A stretch of DNA of 62,905 nucleotides, filler included, from Octopus bimaculoides (lineage: Eukaryota): assembly GCF_001194135.2 (NCBI RefSeq). It is 6 parts of 6 records of this genome, joined end to end, with 100 filler letters (N's around TTAATTAATTAA, not from the genome) between each part and the next. Parts side by side here need not be neighbours in the genome. Positions count along the whole stretch, not along the records: positions 1 to 27,193 come from NC_068998.1; positions 27,294 to 36,525 come from NC_068985.1; 4 more parts are not named here. One strand, given 5' to 3'. The notes beneath the pieces were generated by a model that saw only the letters and a program-made list of their open reading frames with translations, ran no database searches and was not told the origin of the DNA. Each line of letters starts with the position of its first letter. Position 1 is the stretch's first letter. Shown here in pieces: positions 24,399 to 36,000 of this stretch. A program made the position numbers and the translations under genes.

Positions 24399-24612
24399 CC
24401 GTTAGCACACCGGGCGAAATGCTTAGCGGTATTTCGTCTGCCCGCTACGTTCTGAGTTCAAATTCCGCCGAGGTCGACTTTGCCTTTCATCCTTTCGGGG
24501 TCGATTAAATAAGTACCAGTTACGCACTGGGGTCGATATAATCGATTTAATCCGTTTGTCTGTCTTTGTTTGTCCCCTCTGTGTGTAGCCCCTTGTGGGC
24601 AGTAAAGAAATA
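24394..24612 (+). mobile_element. Family-1 SINE, young copy, in the last intron of MCT B
   Basis: Very close to the 5848 copy; flanked by (CA)n and (CT)n. Confidence 0.85.
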
Positions 24613-24625
24613 ACACACACACACA

Positions 24626-24701
<76 letters not shown>

Positions 24702-25307
24702 CTCCTCCCTCTGGTTGGATAACCATGTACCTTCTTTTCAGCAGCACGTCTGTCTCTGTCTTCATTCTTGATCACTCATTCTCTCTCTCCTATCTCTCCC
24801 TTTCCCCCTCTCTCTCTTTCTCTCTCTTTCTCTCTCTGGTCGGACAACCATATACCTTCACTGCAGCAAGACACCTGTTTCTGTCTCTCCGTCGCTCTGT
24901 CACACTCTAATCTTTCGTCATCTGACACAAGATCACTTCCTCCAATGCCCCCTCCCCCTCAAAGGTTCTTGCAAGTTGCTTGGTGACCCTTCCAATGATG
25001 GTGCCACGTAAAACGCATCTAGTAAACACTATAAAGTGGTTGGCATTTGGAAGAGCATCCAGCTGTAAAAACCATGCCAAAACAGACACAGAAGTCTAGT
25101 GCAGTCTTCTGCCAGGCCAGCTCCTGTGAAACCATCCAACCCATGCCAGCATGTGGGGCTCAGCAAAAAGAGACTATCAGAATAAGCACCAGGTTTTAAA
25201 ATGAGTGCTGGGTTCGATTTGTTTGGCTAAACCCTTCAAGGCAAAGCCCCAGCATGGCCGTAGTCCAATGACTGAAACAAGTAAAAGGTAAATGATAAAA
25301 TACTTAC

Positions 25308-26426
25308 CTGTAAGTGGATAACCGATTGTTCCAATTATTCCTGAGCCTAATATCAACAAACCGACTGCATCCGACATTCTTTGAGATCCAATAAAATCCA
25401 CCATGACTGTGTTCGAGATGGAAAAATATATACCACTGGAGATTCCATAACAGGCGCAATACATTGCGAACAGAAAGAATTTGGTATAGAATGATACAAA
25501 GCAAGCAGCAACTCCATGAATGATGAGGATAACGCCAAGCAGTCGACCTCGGTTCAAAAATTTTCGGTCAGCTAAGAAAACCATGAGCAGACGACCCACA
25601 AAATCGGCCACCCCACCAACTGTAAGAAAAACAACTCCGTCCTCAGTGGACAAGTCTAAGTCTACAGCATGAGCTGGGAAAAATGCCTGTGGCATGGAGG
25701 AAGCTGCGGCTCCAAGAATTGCTCCAATGTATCCAGAGATAAATTTTTTTTCCCTGAACAGAGCAAAATCTNNNNNNNNNNNNNNNNNNNNNNNNNNNNN
25801 NNNNNNNNNNNNNNNNNNNNNNNNNNNNNNNNNNNNNNNNNNNNNNNNNNNNNNNNNNNNNNNNNNNNNNNNNNNNNNNNNNNNNNNNNNNNNNNNNNNN
25901 NNNNATTTTTCGATTGAATAAGCGCTTTTGTCACCGTCTTTTAAATCGGTTCGTTCTTTAATTGTTACAAGTGACGACAAAGGTGAGTCCATAGTCGATT
26001 CTTGTGATCCCACTGAATGCAAGCTATCTCTGTCTTTTGAGTCTGTCAAAAACGGAGAGATTTCTCCGTCATCGTCTGATTGTTGTTTTATCGATTCGGT
26101 TTGTTTTTCCCCTTTAACAGTCGTATTTCTTTCATTTAGTTCTATGTCAGTAGAACTGATGACTTTCAAACGTGTTGTTGTATCGTAGCAACTGATGGGA
26201 CGTAGAAGGGCGCCAAAAACAAGGCATTGTAGATAAATACCAGCATTCAGAAGAAGAGCTCCACGGACTCCGTAGGTTATTATAAGGTAGTTGAGTATGT
26301 ACGGAAGGGTGAACTGTCCGACGCTAACACCACAAGCAGATATCGCATTTGCTGTGCCAAGGTAGCGTTTAAAGTAGGTACTCTGCATAACTATGCAAGA
26401 TCCGTATATAAAAGCCAGTCCAGCAC
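25308..26426 (-). CDS. SLC16/MCT paralog B, exon equivalent to A exon 4 (contains an N gap)
   Basis: Acceptor atattag|GTGCTGGA and donor G|gtaagt at the same positions as in A; GAGLAFIYGSCIVMQSTYFKRYLG...YPLT; no stops in the sequenced part. Confidence 0.92.
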
Positions 26427-26759
26427 CTAATATCAGAGCGAGAAAAAGAGAAAGAGAGAGAGAGAGGGAGAAAAATAGAAAAATTATTGATCATATTATT
26501 GTTGTAGCTAATTAGGAATTTTAAAATTGGCAAAAAGAATTTTTGTACAATGAATTTCAATATATATATTTGATAGCATGCAGTTAGGGAGAGTACGGTG
26601 GTTTTAGTCTATGCTTGTCATCCCTTGGGGGATGAAATGAAAGTCGACGACCACAGGATTTGAAATTAGAATCTAAGGTACATAACCAACACGGCATTTT
26701 GTCCGACGCTCTTCTGTTTCCAGCTTGTACCATTCAAATGTTGTTATTATGATGATAAT

Positions 26760-27060
26760 ATGGCAAAGCGGAGAGCTGACAGAATTGTGAGCGCATCAGA
26801 CAAGATGCTTAGCGGCATTTCTTCTGGTTCTTTATGTAAGTACCGATTGAGCATTGGGGTCGATGTAATCGACTAATCACTCCCCTAAAATTTCTGACCT
26901 TGTGCTAAAATTTGAAACGATTATGATGATGATGATGATGATAAAGCGGCCAGCTGGTAGAATCTTTAGAGAGTCGAACAAAATGCGATGTGGTGTTTGC
27001 TCTGGCTCATTGCGTTCTGAGTTCAAATCCCGCACACGTCAGTTTTTCCACCTTATGCCT
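26760..27060 (+). mobile_element. Two partial family-1 SINEs
   Basis: Heads at about 26762 and 26945 with ATGCTTAGCGGC and TTCTGAGTTCAAAT. Confidence 0.6.
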
Positions 27061-27193
27061 GTTTTTTTTGTCGTAGATACACTCTTATATTTACATCTAC
27101 ACATCTTCTTCCTCCCTTCTTAATTCACTCCACAGAAAGTTTTTCCCTCCTCCTAGCCGTTGCCTATTTCCTCTCTCTCTCTCTCTCTCTCTC

Positions 27194-27293
27194 NNNNNNN
27201 NNNNNNNNNNNNNNNNNNNNNNNNNNNNNNNNNNNNNTTAATTAATTAANNNNNNNNNNNNNNNNNNNNNNNNNNNNNNNNNNNNNNNNNNNN
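27194..27293. other. Scaffold join: 44 N + TTAATTAATTAA + 44 N (also 36526-36625, 45196-45295, 56736-56835, 60372-60471)
   Basis: Identical 100-bp layout five times; the 12-mer gives stops in all six frames, as expected of an assembly spacer. Confidence 0.95.
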
Positions 27294-27419
27294 CAAAAGA
27301 GAACGATAGGATAAGTACTAGGCGTACAAAGGATAAGTCCTGGGGTTGATTTGCTCGACTAAAAGGCGGTGCTCCAGCATGGCCACAGTAAAATGACTGA
27401 AACAAGTAAAAGAGTAAAA

Positions 27420-27464
<45 letters not shown>

Positions 27465-27497
27465 TATATATATATCTGTGTGTGTGTTTGTGTGTGT

Positions 27498-27655
27498 GGA
27501 GGCTTATGGCTTAGTGGTTAAGCTGTGAACTCGAGATCGTAAGAGTGTGATTTCGATTCAGGGACTGGTCGGTGCGTTGTGTTCTTGAGCAAAACACTTC
27601 ATTTCATGTTGCTCCAGTCCACTCGGTTGGTAAAGATGTGTAACCCTTGCAACGG
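27498..27655 (+). mobile_element. Family-2 SINE
   Basis: TGGCTTAGTGGTTAAG..TGTGTTCTTGAGCAAAACACTT. Confidence 0.7.
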
Positions 27656-28333
27656 ATCGGCTTACAATCTAGAATCGAATATATACGTCACAGAATCCGA
27701 GGAAACAGGCCTATGGCTGTCAAAAGACCACCTCTGATACGTTTTCCAACATACATACATATGCATACACACATACATATGTATGTGTGTGTGTGCTTTT
27801 GCAGCCACTCGATTTTTCCAACCAGCCACCTTCTTACATCTTTCATGAAACCTCCTGTATTTGCCTTCTTATATTTGCCCCTTTACATCACGCATCCTTA
27901 TACAATCATCTTATATCAAACCCCTTACATTCACCTCTGGCACCATATTCACTTACATCACCTCCCTTATGTCACTCACGTACATCACCCGCGTGACATC
28001 ACATACGTCCGTACGTCATGCAGCCCTTACATCACACACACACACACAAGTACACACACGTTCGTATATCCCTCCATGTTTTAGGGCCACTCCTTAATAT
28101 GTTACGATCGACCCACCCAGGTATAATCTGAAACATCGTCTGCAAGTAGTGGCGGGGTCAGATTGAATGTATCTTACCATACAGGCGTATATGAACAGAC
28201 ATCTTAGTGTTGAAGGGGTGGTTCTTATCAGTAGAAGAAGGAAGGGGTGAGGAGTAGGGGCAAGTGGGGTATAGTTAGACACATGTAAATACATGCACAC
28301 TGGCTGTGAGACAGATAGAATGAGAGAAAGAGA

Positions 28334-28371
<38 letters not shown>

Positions 28372-28742
28372 GACAGACTGATACAAAGAAAGAGAGAGGG
28401 AGAGACAGAAAGAGTGTCAGAGTTAGTAAGAAAAGAGAGCGAAAGAAAGAGAAAGGAAGAGAGTGGGAGAGAGAGTACGACTAATGAACAATGAATTATT
28501 GAGAGAAAGAGAGAAACAGAGAGAGAGAGAGAGAAAGACAGGGTGAAAGAAAGAGAGTCAGAGATAGATAAAGAGAGCGAAAGAAAGAGAGAAAGAAAGG
28601 GAGTGGGTAAGACAGTACGACAGTGAATTATTGAAAAAAAGAGAGATGGTGAAAAGGCGGGGAGAGAGGGAGAGATAAATGATCAGTAATAATAATGTTC
28701 AGCTATTGGTTGTATCTATCTACTTGTCTATCTGTTTTTCTA

Positions 28743-28782
<40 letters not shown>

Positions 28783-29303
28783 GACCGATCTGTCTGTCTG
28801 TCTATTTATCTATCTTTATATTTCTTTGTGCGAGTGTGCGTGTGCGCGCGCGAATGTCATAAAAAATATCTCGTAAATGTAAAAAAATATATTTCTATGT
28901 AAAGCGTGTAGCAAAAGAGCTCGGAAAAATTTTACCAAATAAGGCTTAGAGCCATAATATGATATACAATGACTTCACGCCAAGAAAAAAATATTGGTTA
29001 CATTTATTGAAGTATTGTCTATAGTTTTCCTCTGTACACGAATCTAATGAGTAGTAAACTCGCCTTATTGTCGTTGTTATTGTTGTTGTTGTTGGTGGTG
29101 GTGACAGTAGTGAGGGAAATGTTGTGGGTCAGACTTGAACCAGCTCAAAGAAAATAAAGCATGGACAAAGTATGTTGCAAATACCAGTGCCTCTTTGCTC
29201 GACGAATTATCTAGGAAGGTATGCTGAGGAAAGTGACAAATCTTTGAACTCCTTTTTTGAATATGAAATTAGCTTCTATATGCCCGCGAAAAAAGAGCTA
29301 GAG

Positions 29304-29562
29304 CAGTGGTTCTGAACTGGCAAAATCTTACATGGACCTTAGGGGTCCATGTAAGATTTTGCTATTAAAACTTATCTGCAATAAATTGATTATACTGCTA
29401 CAATACACAAAATATCTTAATAATTATTTTCCTATAATTCCTAAAAGTAGTTGTCTATAAAAATATAATACGATCTTTAAATCATCCCATGAGTAGGAAG
29501 ATCCATCCTAGGAAAATAGGAATCAAAGGGTTCCATAGGTTAAAAATGGTTGAGAACCATTG
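29304..29562. mobile_element. hAT (Charlie-type) MITE, 259 bp
   Basis: TIRs CAGTGGTTCTGAAC / GTTGAGAACCATTG; exact 8-bp TSD AGCTAGAG at 29296-29303 and 29563-29570. Confidence 0.9.
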
Positions 29563-29818
29563 AGCTAGAGGAAATCTGATTGAGGTATGCTTCATCGATG
29601 TGAGCAAAGCGTATGGAAGTGTTTGTTTTTTTTTTAAGGTAGAAGAAAAGGTGAAGAAACAACCAGAGCTCGTACCTCACACACCAGATCACAGGTTTGT
29701 GCCACAGTACATGGGTGTCAGGAAGATTAGCTTTATGATATATTGTATTTAGTTTGCGTACTAAATTTTAAACCTGTCTTCACCCCATTTTCGTCATATA
29801 AATAATATGGCACCGGCA

Positions 29819-29832
29819 GTTTCCATGGTAAC
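29819..29832. promoter_or_regulatory. RFX X-box-like palindrome GTTTCCATGGTAAC
   Basis: Matches GTTNCCATGGNAAC; function unproven. Confidence 0.35.
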
Positions 29833-29878
29833 CAAAGTTTTAATATATTTCGTTTTCTGTTTCCAAGCACCGCACATT

Positions 29879-29910
<32 letters not shown>

Positions 29911-30193
29911 NNNNNNNNNNNNNNNNNNNNNNNNNNNNNNNNNNNNNNNNNNNNNNNNNNNNNNNNNNNNNNNNNNNNNNNNNNNNNNNNNNNNNNNNNN
30001 NNNNNNNNNNNNNNNNNNNNNNNNNNNNNNNNNNNNNNNNNNNNNNNNNNNNNNNNNNNNNNNNNNNNNNNNNNNNNNNNNNNNNNNNNNNNNNNNNNNN
30101 NNNNNNNNNNNNNNNNNNNNNNNNNNNNNNNNNNNNNNNNNNNNNNNNNNNNNNGAAACAAGTAAAAAATAAAATTATTATTGTTATTATTGC

Positions 30194-30267
<74 letters not shown>
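30194..30267. repeat. (TAG)n microsatellite
   Basis: Direct reading. Confidence 0.97.
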
Positions 30268-30511
30268 TGATAGCGGGTACGTAATCGGAAGGCCCGAAAT
30301 TATTAGCAGAATTGGATTACGTCCTTTACATTTTGAGTTTGAACATCTCGTTTAGGTTAAATCTTGCCTTTTTCGTCCTTCCGAAGTGGAAAACAAAAAA
30401 CAAAGAAACAAAACAAACAAGCGAAAGAAGCAGTCAAACATGCATTGATTGGTTCGGTAGAATTATCGATGCCGTCTCCATAAAGTTGTCTGGCGACAAT
30501 GTTAGAAATCA

Positions 30512-30543
30512 TTGTCATCATCACCATCGTCGTCTTCGTCTTT

Positions 30544-30574
<31 letters not shown>

Positions 30575-30790
30575 CCACCACCATCATCACTATCATTATC
30601 GTCATCATCGTCGTTATCATCATCATCGTCATCGTCGTGGTCCTGTCATCATCACCATCATCCTCGTCGTCATTCTTCTCCTCATCCTCCTCATCATCAT
30701 CACTATCATCATCATCGTAATTATCATTGCTACCACCACCACCACCACCACTTTACCTTCACCACCACCACCATAACCACTACAACCATT
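30512..30790. repeat. Degenerate (CAT/CAC/CGT)n low-complexity tract
   Basis: Direct reading; source of the poly-His/Ser/Ile ORFs in the track. Confidence 0.9.
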
Positions 30791-30860
30791 ATTTCGTTCT
30801 AATATTGCTACCCTTATATAGTCAGCCTCCTCTCTATTTTGAGCAGCCTTTCTTGCCGTG

Positions 30861-30899
<39 letters not shown>

Positions 30900-32043
30900 G
30901 ATGGCGTTGTTCTTGTTATTTATTTATTTATTTATTTATCATCTACGTATTAATTGTTGATCCTACGATGTTACTGCATGTAACTCAGTTATTGTTTCTT
31001 GTTTGATGCTTTAGCCTACATTTTGCTTTTGTCCTGTACCCCAACATATTAAACCCTTATGGTCAATAAACAAAATCATTTATATTAATGTTCAGGCGTT
31101 ATTGTTCTAATTGCAGGTGTTGCTGTTGTTGCTGGTGCTGTTAAAGTAATAAACGATATTCTTATTTCTGTTGTGACTATTGTCGGTTACTCTTGATGTG
31201 CTTCTACTTTCACTTTCTTTATTTCTTTATTGCGTGTTCGTGTGTCTATGTATTTATGTTTGTGTGTGTGTTTGAGCGTGTGTGTATATGTGTGAGTGTG
31301 TGTGTGCATGCGCCTGCATGTCATTGTTCTATTGATAGTGTACATGTATAAAACCTACTCATTCACCCTTACATCCATACGGACGCTCATTTTCTTTATT
31401 AAACTCGCACATATACTGACAAATTTACATGGGTGCACGCGCACACTCACCACAGGCATAGACACAAACACACATACATACACACACGCATACACGTGTG
31501 TTTATCGATTTAGACAAAATTTTTAAAAAGCACAAAAGGAGAGAGAGAAAAAAGAGAAACGAGATCAAGAGAGAGAGAGAGAGATAAAACTTATAGAAGT
31601 CTGTTTTTGATAATCATTTTCCTCTTTGTATATAAATATAAATCAATATAAAAACGAAAAAAAAAAGAAAGAAAAGTGAGTTAAACAAAATCACTAAAAA
31701 AGTATAATTAAACCCACAGCAAAAAATATGGCAACGAAATAAAAAAAAATGGCGGCTGTAACAAAAATAACCTAAGCCTTTACTAGAGGCGCCAACCATA
31801 GTAAACAGCTACTTGTTGCTTGCTGTAATATTAACATCGTATCTGATTAGACATTGCTTTTCCTTGATTCCCACACTACGAACAATCAGCTTCGCGTTCA
31901 TTGTTTAATATACAAAACCCCCTTGTCAACCAAACCTCTCCGGACATGAACAGACGGACGAGGACGCAAACTCACCAACTCTTTTTCTCTTTCCATTATT
32001 CGTAGACAAACACATATGCTCTATCTTTTCATCCATTCATCTA

Positions 32044-32092
<49 letters not shown>

Positions 32093-32128
32093 GTCTATCT
32101 AATACATAGGTCTGCATTTACAATCATA

Positions 32129-32170
<42 letters not shown>

Positions 32171-32179
32171 TGTGTGCGT

Positions 32180-32217
<38 letters not shown>

Positions 32218-33317
32218 CTGAGAAGGTTGTATTTCAAATTAGTTGTATTTTCTGGTGGGCTGACTTTAATCGTAAATACAACCATAATATGTGAACCATT
32301 GCGGAAAGATAGCCAACAACAACAACACTATCAACTACTGCTGCTGCTGCTGCTGCTATTTCTGTTGCTGCTGCTATTTCTGTTGCTGCTGCTGCTGCTA
32401 ATGTAGACAACAATATCCACTAAGACGACAACAGCGATAATGGTAATGAGGATACTGAGGGTGATGTTGAAGACGGTGACAATGATGACGATGACAATGA
32501 GAAGACGACCATGATGGTAATGATGATGATGATGATGATAAGGACGATAATGATGATGATAATGATGGTCTTGACGAGAACGACGTGACGTAATTCTTTG
32601 TGACTTGTGACTAATAATGAACAGAAGCACAATGAGAGCAATATATNNNNNNNNNNNNNNNNNNNNNNNNNNTATATATATATAAACGGGTTATCGAAAC
32701 ACGAAGTAAAAATCACAAAATATAGACTAAAAGCGTATCAAACTATTAAAAGCACACACATAAACCCCCATCTCTATACACATCATGTATACAGGCGCGC
32801 ACCGCGCACACACGCGTACACACACACACACACATATATATATACTACGTTTGTCATCCATGTAGTTCACTTGGGACTTTTGATATGCATAGTCTGTTTG
32901 ATTCCATTGCGGAACTCCAAAATTTAAACAGAATCAAAAGCGAGGATATATCAACCAAGCAGTATAAAAAGTGCGCAAGCACATCCTCACCATATTGAGA
33001 ATAAGTTAAACACGCGCGACCACACACACACATACGCACACATACATACACTCACGCATAGTCACACGTGTATGTTCGTGTGTGTGCGCGTATATACACA
33101 CATACAGACAGTCATTCATATGTATATTATATGTGTGAATATTTCTATATTGGTAAGGCATGCTTGCGTTCCTCAGAAGTTCGGTCCGCAACAAGGTAGT
33201 TACGGATCTAAGCCCACAATGCGGTACCTGGGGTATGTAACTTCTATAATAGCCTAGGGCCGACGAAAATCTTACGAGTGAAATTTTTGAAGATGGAAAC
33301 TGAAAGAAGCCCATCGC

Positions 33318-33354
<37 letters not shown>

Positions 33355-34166
33355 NNNNNNNNNNNNNNNNNCTTCTTCTTCTTCTGCTTCTTCTTCTTCT
33401 GCTTCTTCTTTTTCTTTTTCTTCTTCTTCTTCTTCTTCTTCTTCTTCTTCTTCTTCTTCTTCTCAGACAAGGAAGAGAAATTTATATACTCTGGTTAACA
33501 TGTTCTATCTTATGCAGCATGGAATGTTTCTAATTTTCAGTTTCTAGATGTAGAGGGAGAACGCCGAATCATATTTTCTAATAACGTTTCAAGCGTATAG
33601 ATGTGTTGGTAATAACATTGTTTAAAGAGATTGGACGTCACGACTAGTTATCTATTCTGCTTGTATGCTTATCAGAACCGGGTCAGATATATCCCCTCTC
33701 CTCCTGAACCAATACCTTCTAGAATAATAATAATGATAAAAATTCTGTTCCTTGTATGTTATAGCAGTTTTGACCAGGTTCCCAAAGAATCGCAACAGAA
33801 TTTAAAAAAACAATAAGGAATATAATACATTTACTTTGAAATATTTACTACTTTATTATTTTCTATTCGCAATCCTTGTCATGCAAACAGTATACATGTG
33901 TGTTGTGCATGCGTGTATGTATGTGTGTATGTATGCGTGTGTAATGAGTAATCATATTAAAGAATAATTATATTGACGTGTATATTTAAACTAAGCTATT
34001 TATTTCCATTATTTTTATCCGGCTATGAAAAATGTCGCTCATTGTCATCTGACTTCAATAAATAGATTATTAGAACATCATATATAAAAGACGTAAAAAT
34101 TATCCAGCAAATGATGACTTATAGTCACTGGTTTGTTTTGTTTTTTGAATAAATTCTGTTGTTGCT

Positions 34167-34191
34167 TTACTACTACTACTGCCACTGCTTC

Positions 34192-34231
<40 letters not shown>

Positions 34232-34237
34232 GCTCTT

Positions 34238-34313
<76 letters not shown>
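34167..34313. repeat. Compound microsatellite (ACT)n-(GTT)n-(CTT)n-(ATT)n
   Basis: Direct reading. Confidence 0.95.
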
Positions 34314-34319
34314 GTCAGT

Positions 34320-34546
34320 AAAGCGACGAGCTGGCAGAATCGTTAGCACGCCGGCCAAAATGCTTAGCGACATTTCGCCGGTCTTTACCTTCTGAGTTCA
34401 AATTCCGCCGAAGTCGACTTTGCTTTTCATCCCTTTAGGGTCGATAAATTAAGTACCAGTGTATTCGACTAGTCCCCTCTCCCAAACTTTCAGGCCTTGT
34501 GCCCTTGGTAGAAAGGATTATTATTATTATTATTATTATTATTATT
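34320..34546 (+). mobile_element. Family-1 SINE with (ATT)n tail
   Basis: Full head and body, ends GTAGAAAGG(ATT)n. Confidence 0.85.
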
Positions 34547-35215
34547 GTCTTTGCACAGCTTCTAACGCTGAAGATGTACTAAAGTGTCAGCTGTTCACTA
34601 CCAGTGAACTAAGGTAACACCCTTTATTTTTCGAGCACCATCCGGAGTATTCGAGCGGTTCTAAGCAGTGCTGTTTTCTGCAAGTGCTCCACCTTTATTG
34701 GAGTCCGTTTGTTCCATGTACTTCTCAAGATTTTTATTCACTGTTCCCAGGGCTCCGACAATTATTGGTACTACTACCACCTTTTCCATCGACCACAACT
34801 GCTTAACTTTCCAAGCTAACCTGTCATATCTATCAACATTTCTTTCTTCCTTACCACATACCTTGTCGTCAGCTGTGCATGCTATATCTATGATCCAGCA
34901 TCGTCTGCTTTCTTTCTCAATTAACACTATGTCTAGTTTCCTATTCTCTGCCTGATGGTCACACTGAATGATAAAACTCCACAGGATCTTTGCATTATCA
35001 TTTTCGATGATGCCTTCGGCTTCATGTTCGTACCACTTTTTTGCACTGTCAAGTCCATACTTGTTGCAGAGTGTCCAATGGACAAGCCTGGCTATATTGT
35101 CATGACATCTTTTATATTCTTTCTGGGCTAGTAGCGTACATTGGCTGGTAATACGGTTTCACCATTTTGTCCCCAAATTCTGCGCTTATCACGTTCTGAT
35201 GTGTTGTCTATTCTG
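34547..35215 (-). mobile_element. 5'-truncated R4/Dong-clade LINE (restriction-like endonuclease end)
   Basis: QCTLLAQKEYKRCHDNIARLVHW..WYEHE..ILWSFIIQCDH..RKLDIVLIEKESRRCWIIDIAC..VPIIVGALGTV; TAA repeats on both sides. Confidence 0.9.
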
Positions 35216-35255
35216 TATTATTATTATTATTATTATTATCATCATCATCATCATC

Positions 35256-35460
35256 AAGACGGCAAGCTGGTAGAATCGTTAGCTCTCGGGCAAAATGCTT
35301 AGCGCCATTTCGCCCATGTTTACGTTCTGAGTTCAAATTTCGCCAAGGTCGACTTTACCTTCCATCCCTTCGGGGGTGAAAAGATAAGTACCAGTTGAAC
35401 ACTGGGGTCGATGTACTCGACTTACCTCTTCCCTAAAATTGCTGAACTTGTGCCAACATT
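35256..35460 (+). mobile_element. Family-1 SINE
   Basis: Head AAGACGGCAAGCTGGTAGAATCGTTAGC, B box GAGTTCAAAT. Confidence 0.8.
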
Positions 35461-35779
35461 CTCTTTCTCACGGTTCTGGATTAACAGAATAGTTGGAACG
35501 TCAGGAAAGAATGACCATATTCTGATTTCAAGTCTCGCTGAAGTCAATGTTGTCTCTCATCATCCTTTGGAGATCGATAAAATAAAGCACCAGTCTAATA
35601 ATGGGGTCGATGGTATCCCTACCACCTACTCGCCTCAGAGGATCAGTGAAGAGTTATGAGTATTGAACTTCCCTCCTGAATAAAATAACATCATCAGCCA
35701 GATGTACCCCCGGTGTCCAGGATTCGGCTTGCCACGACTCTCCAATTCCCTCTGTGATGTGCCGCATACATACAGTCAC

Positions 35780-36000
35780 TCAGGCTCTTGTTTCCAACCC
35801 ATTCTTTGATGTAGTCAGTTCACAAACATCTTTGACAACCTCCTGTTCTCTACCCCTTGCTGTTTGGTTGATCTTGGGCAATGATTCGTGGCGCATTTTA
35901 TGTTCAAAGTATGATAGCTTTATGGACTCGATTCTCGGCAACAGGTGTCTTTGAACTTTCAGTTTTTCTTGTACTACAGCGTTTGTTACCTTCATCAACT
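35780..36000 (-). mobile_element. RTE LINE 3' fragment
   Basis: KVTNAVVQEKLKVQRHLLPRIESIKLSYFEHKMRHESL..RGR, a decayed YFGHIMRH motif. Confidence 0.65.

Noticed and set aside
22840-26426. Paralog B as an allelic haplotig of A
   Set aside because: 10-22% exon divergence, an indel in the loop and different intron content are far beyond allelic difference.
27238-27249. TTAATTAATTAA recurring five times as if a conserved motif
   Set aside because: Always centred in exactly 44+44 Ns; it is an assembly spacer, not biology.
30512-32580. (CAT)n-rich and (GAT)n-rich tracts as a designed inverted repeat
   Set aside because: The complementarity is only that of low-complexity triplets; there are no shared unique blocks.
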